From assembly GCA_022813965.1 (NCBI GenBank), contig JALDZS010000221.1:1-35848 (forward strand): a DNA stretch of 35,848 bases, written 5' to 3'. Positions within the stretch are counted from its first letter, which is position 1, and each line of letters opens with the position of its first letter. The translations under genes were made by a program, and so were the position numbers. Source of the DNA: Toensbergia leucococca. Its lineage: Eukaryota. The notes under the pieces were generated by a model. That model saw only the letters and a list, made by a program, of their open reading frames with translations, was not told the origin of the DNA and made no database searches. Of this stretch, positions 35,563 to 35,848 are shown piece after piece.

Positions 35563-35848
35563 TCGTCCTCCACAAATCAACGAAAACATCACCTTCATAC
35601 TCCTTCAAAATAATACCACTTCAGTCACTGATGTTGCTTTGCAAGACAACACCACCTTTTATGGATGGATACAACGTGATACTATAAAGCATCTATTAGA
35701 GCAACAGCTGGAGGGTGGGAGGGAGACGGTTATGTGGCTTTGCTGAGGTCTTGAGAAACATGCCTGGAGATAGAATACTAGAGTATGCCGTTGAAAAATG
35801 GAGATTTTGGCCCACGTCTCCCGTGAAGAGAGGTTTGAAAGATTGTTC

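Overview
Eukaryotic DNA from a filamentous ascomycete (Pezizomycotina), inferred from short GT-AG introns with CTAAC/CTGAC-type branch sites and fungal-type proteins. Two blocks of intact, intron-containing conserved genes flank a ~15 kb decayed accessory island. Left block: 5' part of RIA1/EFL1 (-) and a divergent tandem-PH-domain (Opy1-like) gene (+). Right block: OAC1-type mitochondrial carrier (-), SWD2 (+), WDR44/DGR2-like WD40 gene (-), a hypothetical gene (+), OHCU decarboxylase (-) and an ADF-H/PH-like scaffold gene (+). The island (~4.7-19.4 kb) has no convincing intact gene. It holds relics of two Ty3/Gypsy integrases, two RRMs, a Fic domain and a long ankyrin-repeat gene, plus a 561-bp hAT deletion derivative (19-bp TIRs, 8-bp TSD) nested inside one Gypsy integrase. 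The relics show repeated TGG->TGA / GG->GA changes, which differ from canonical CpA RIP. At the island's right edge lies a candidate ~300-nt structured Pol III-like ncRNA locus (TATA, A-box in an 18-bp hairpin, distant B-box, T-run) that does not fold as a tRNA. All family calls come from motif recognition by eye; no searches were run.
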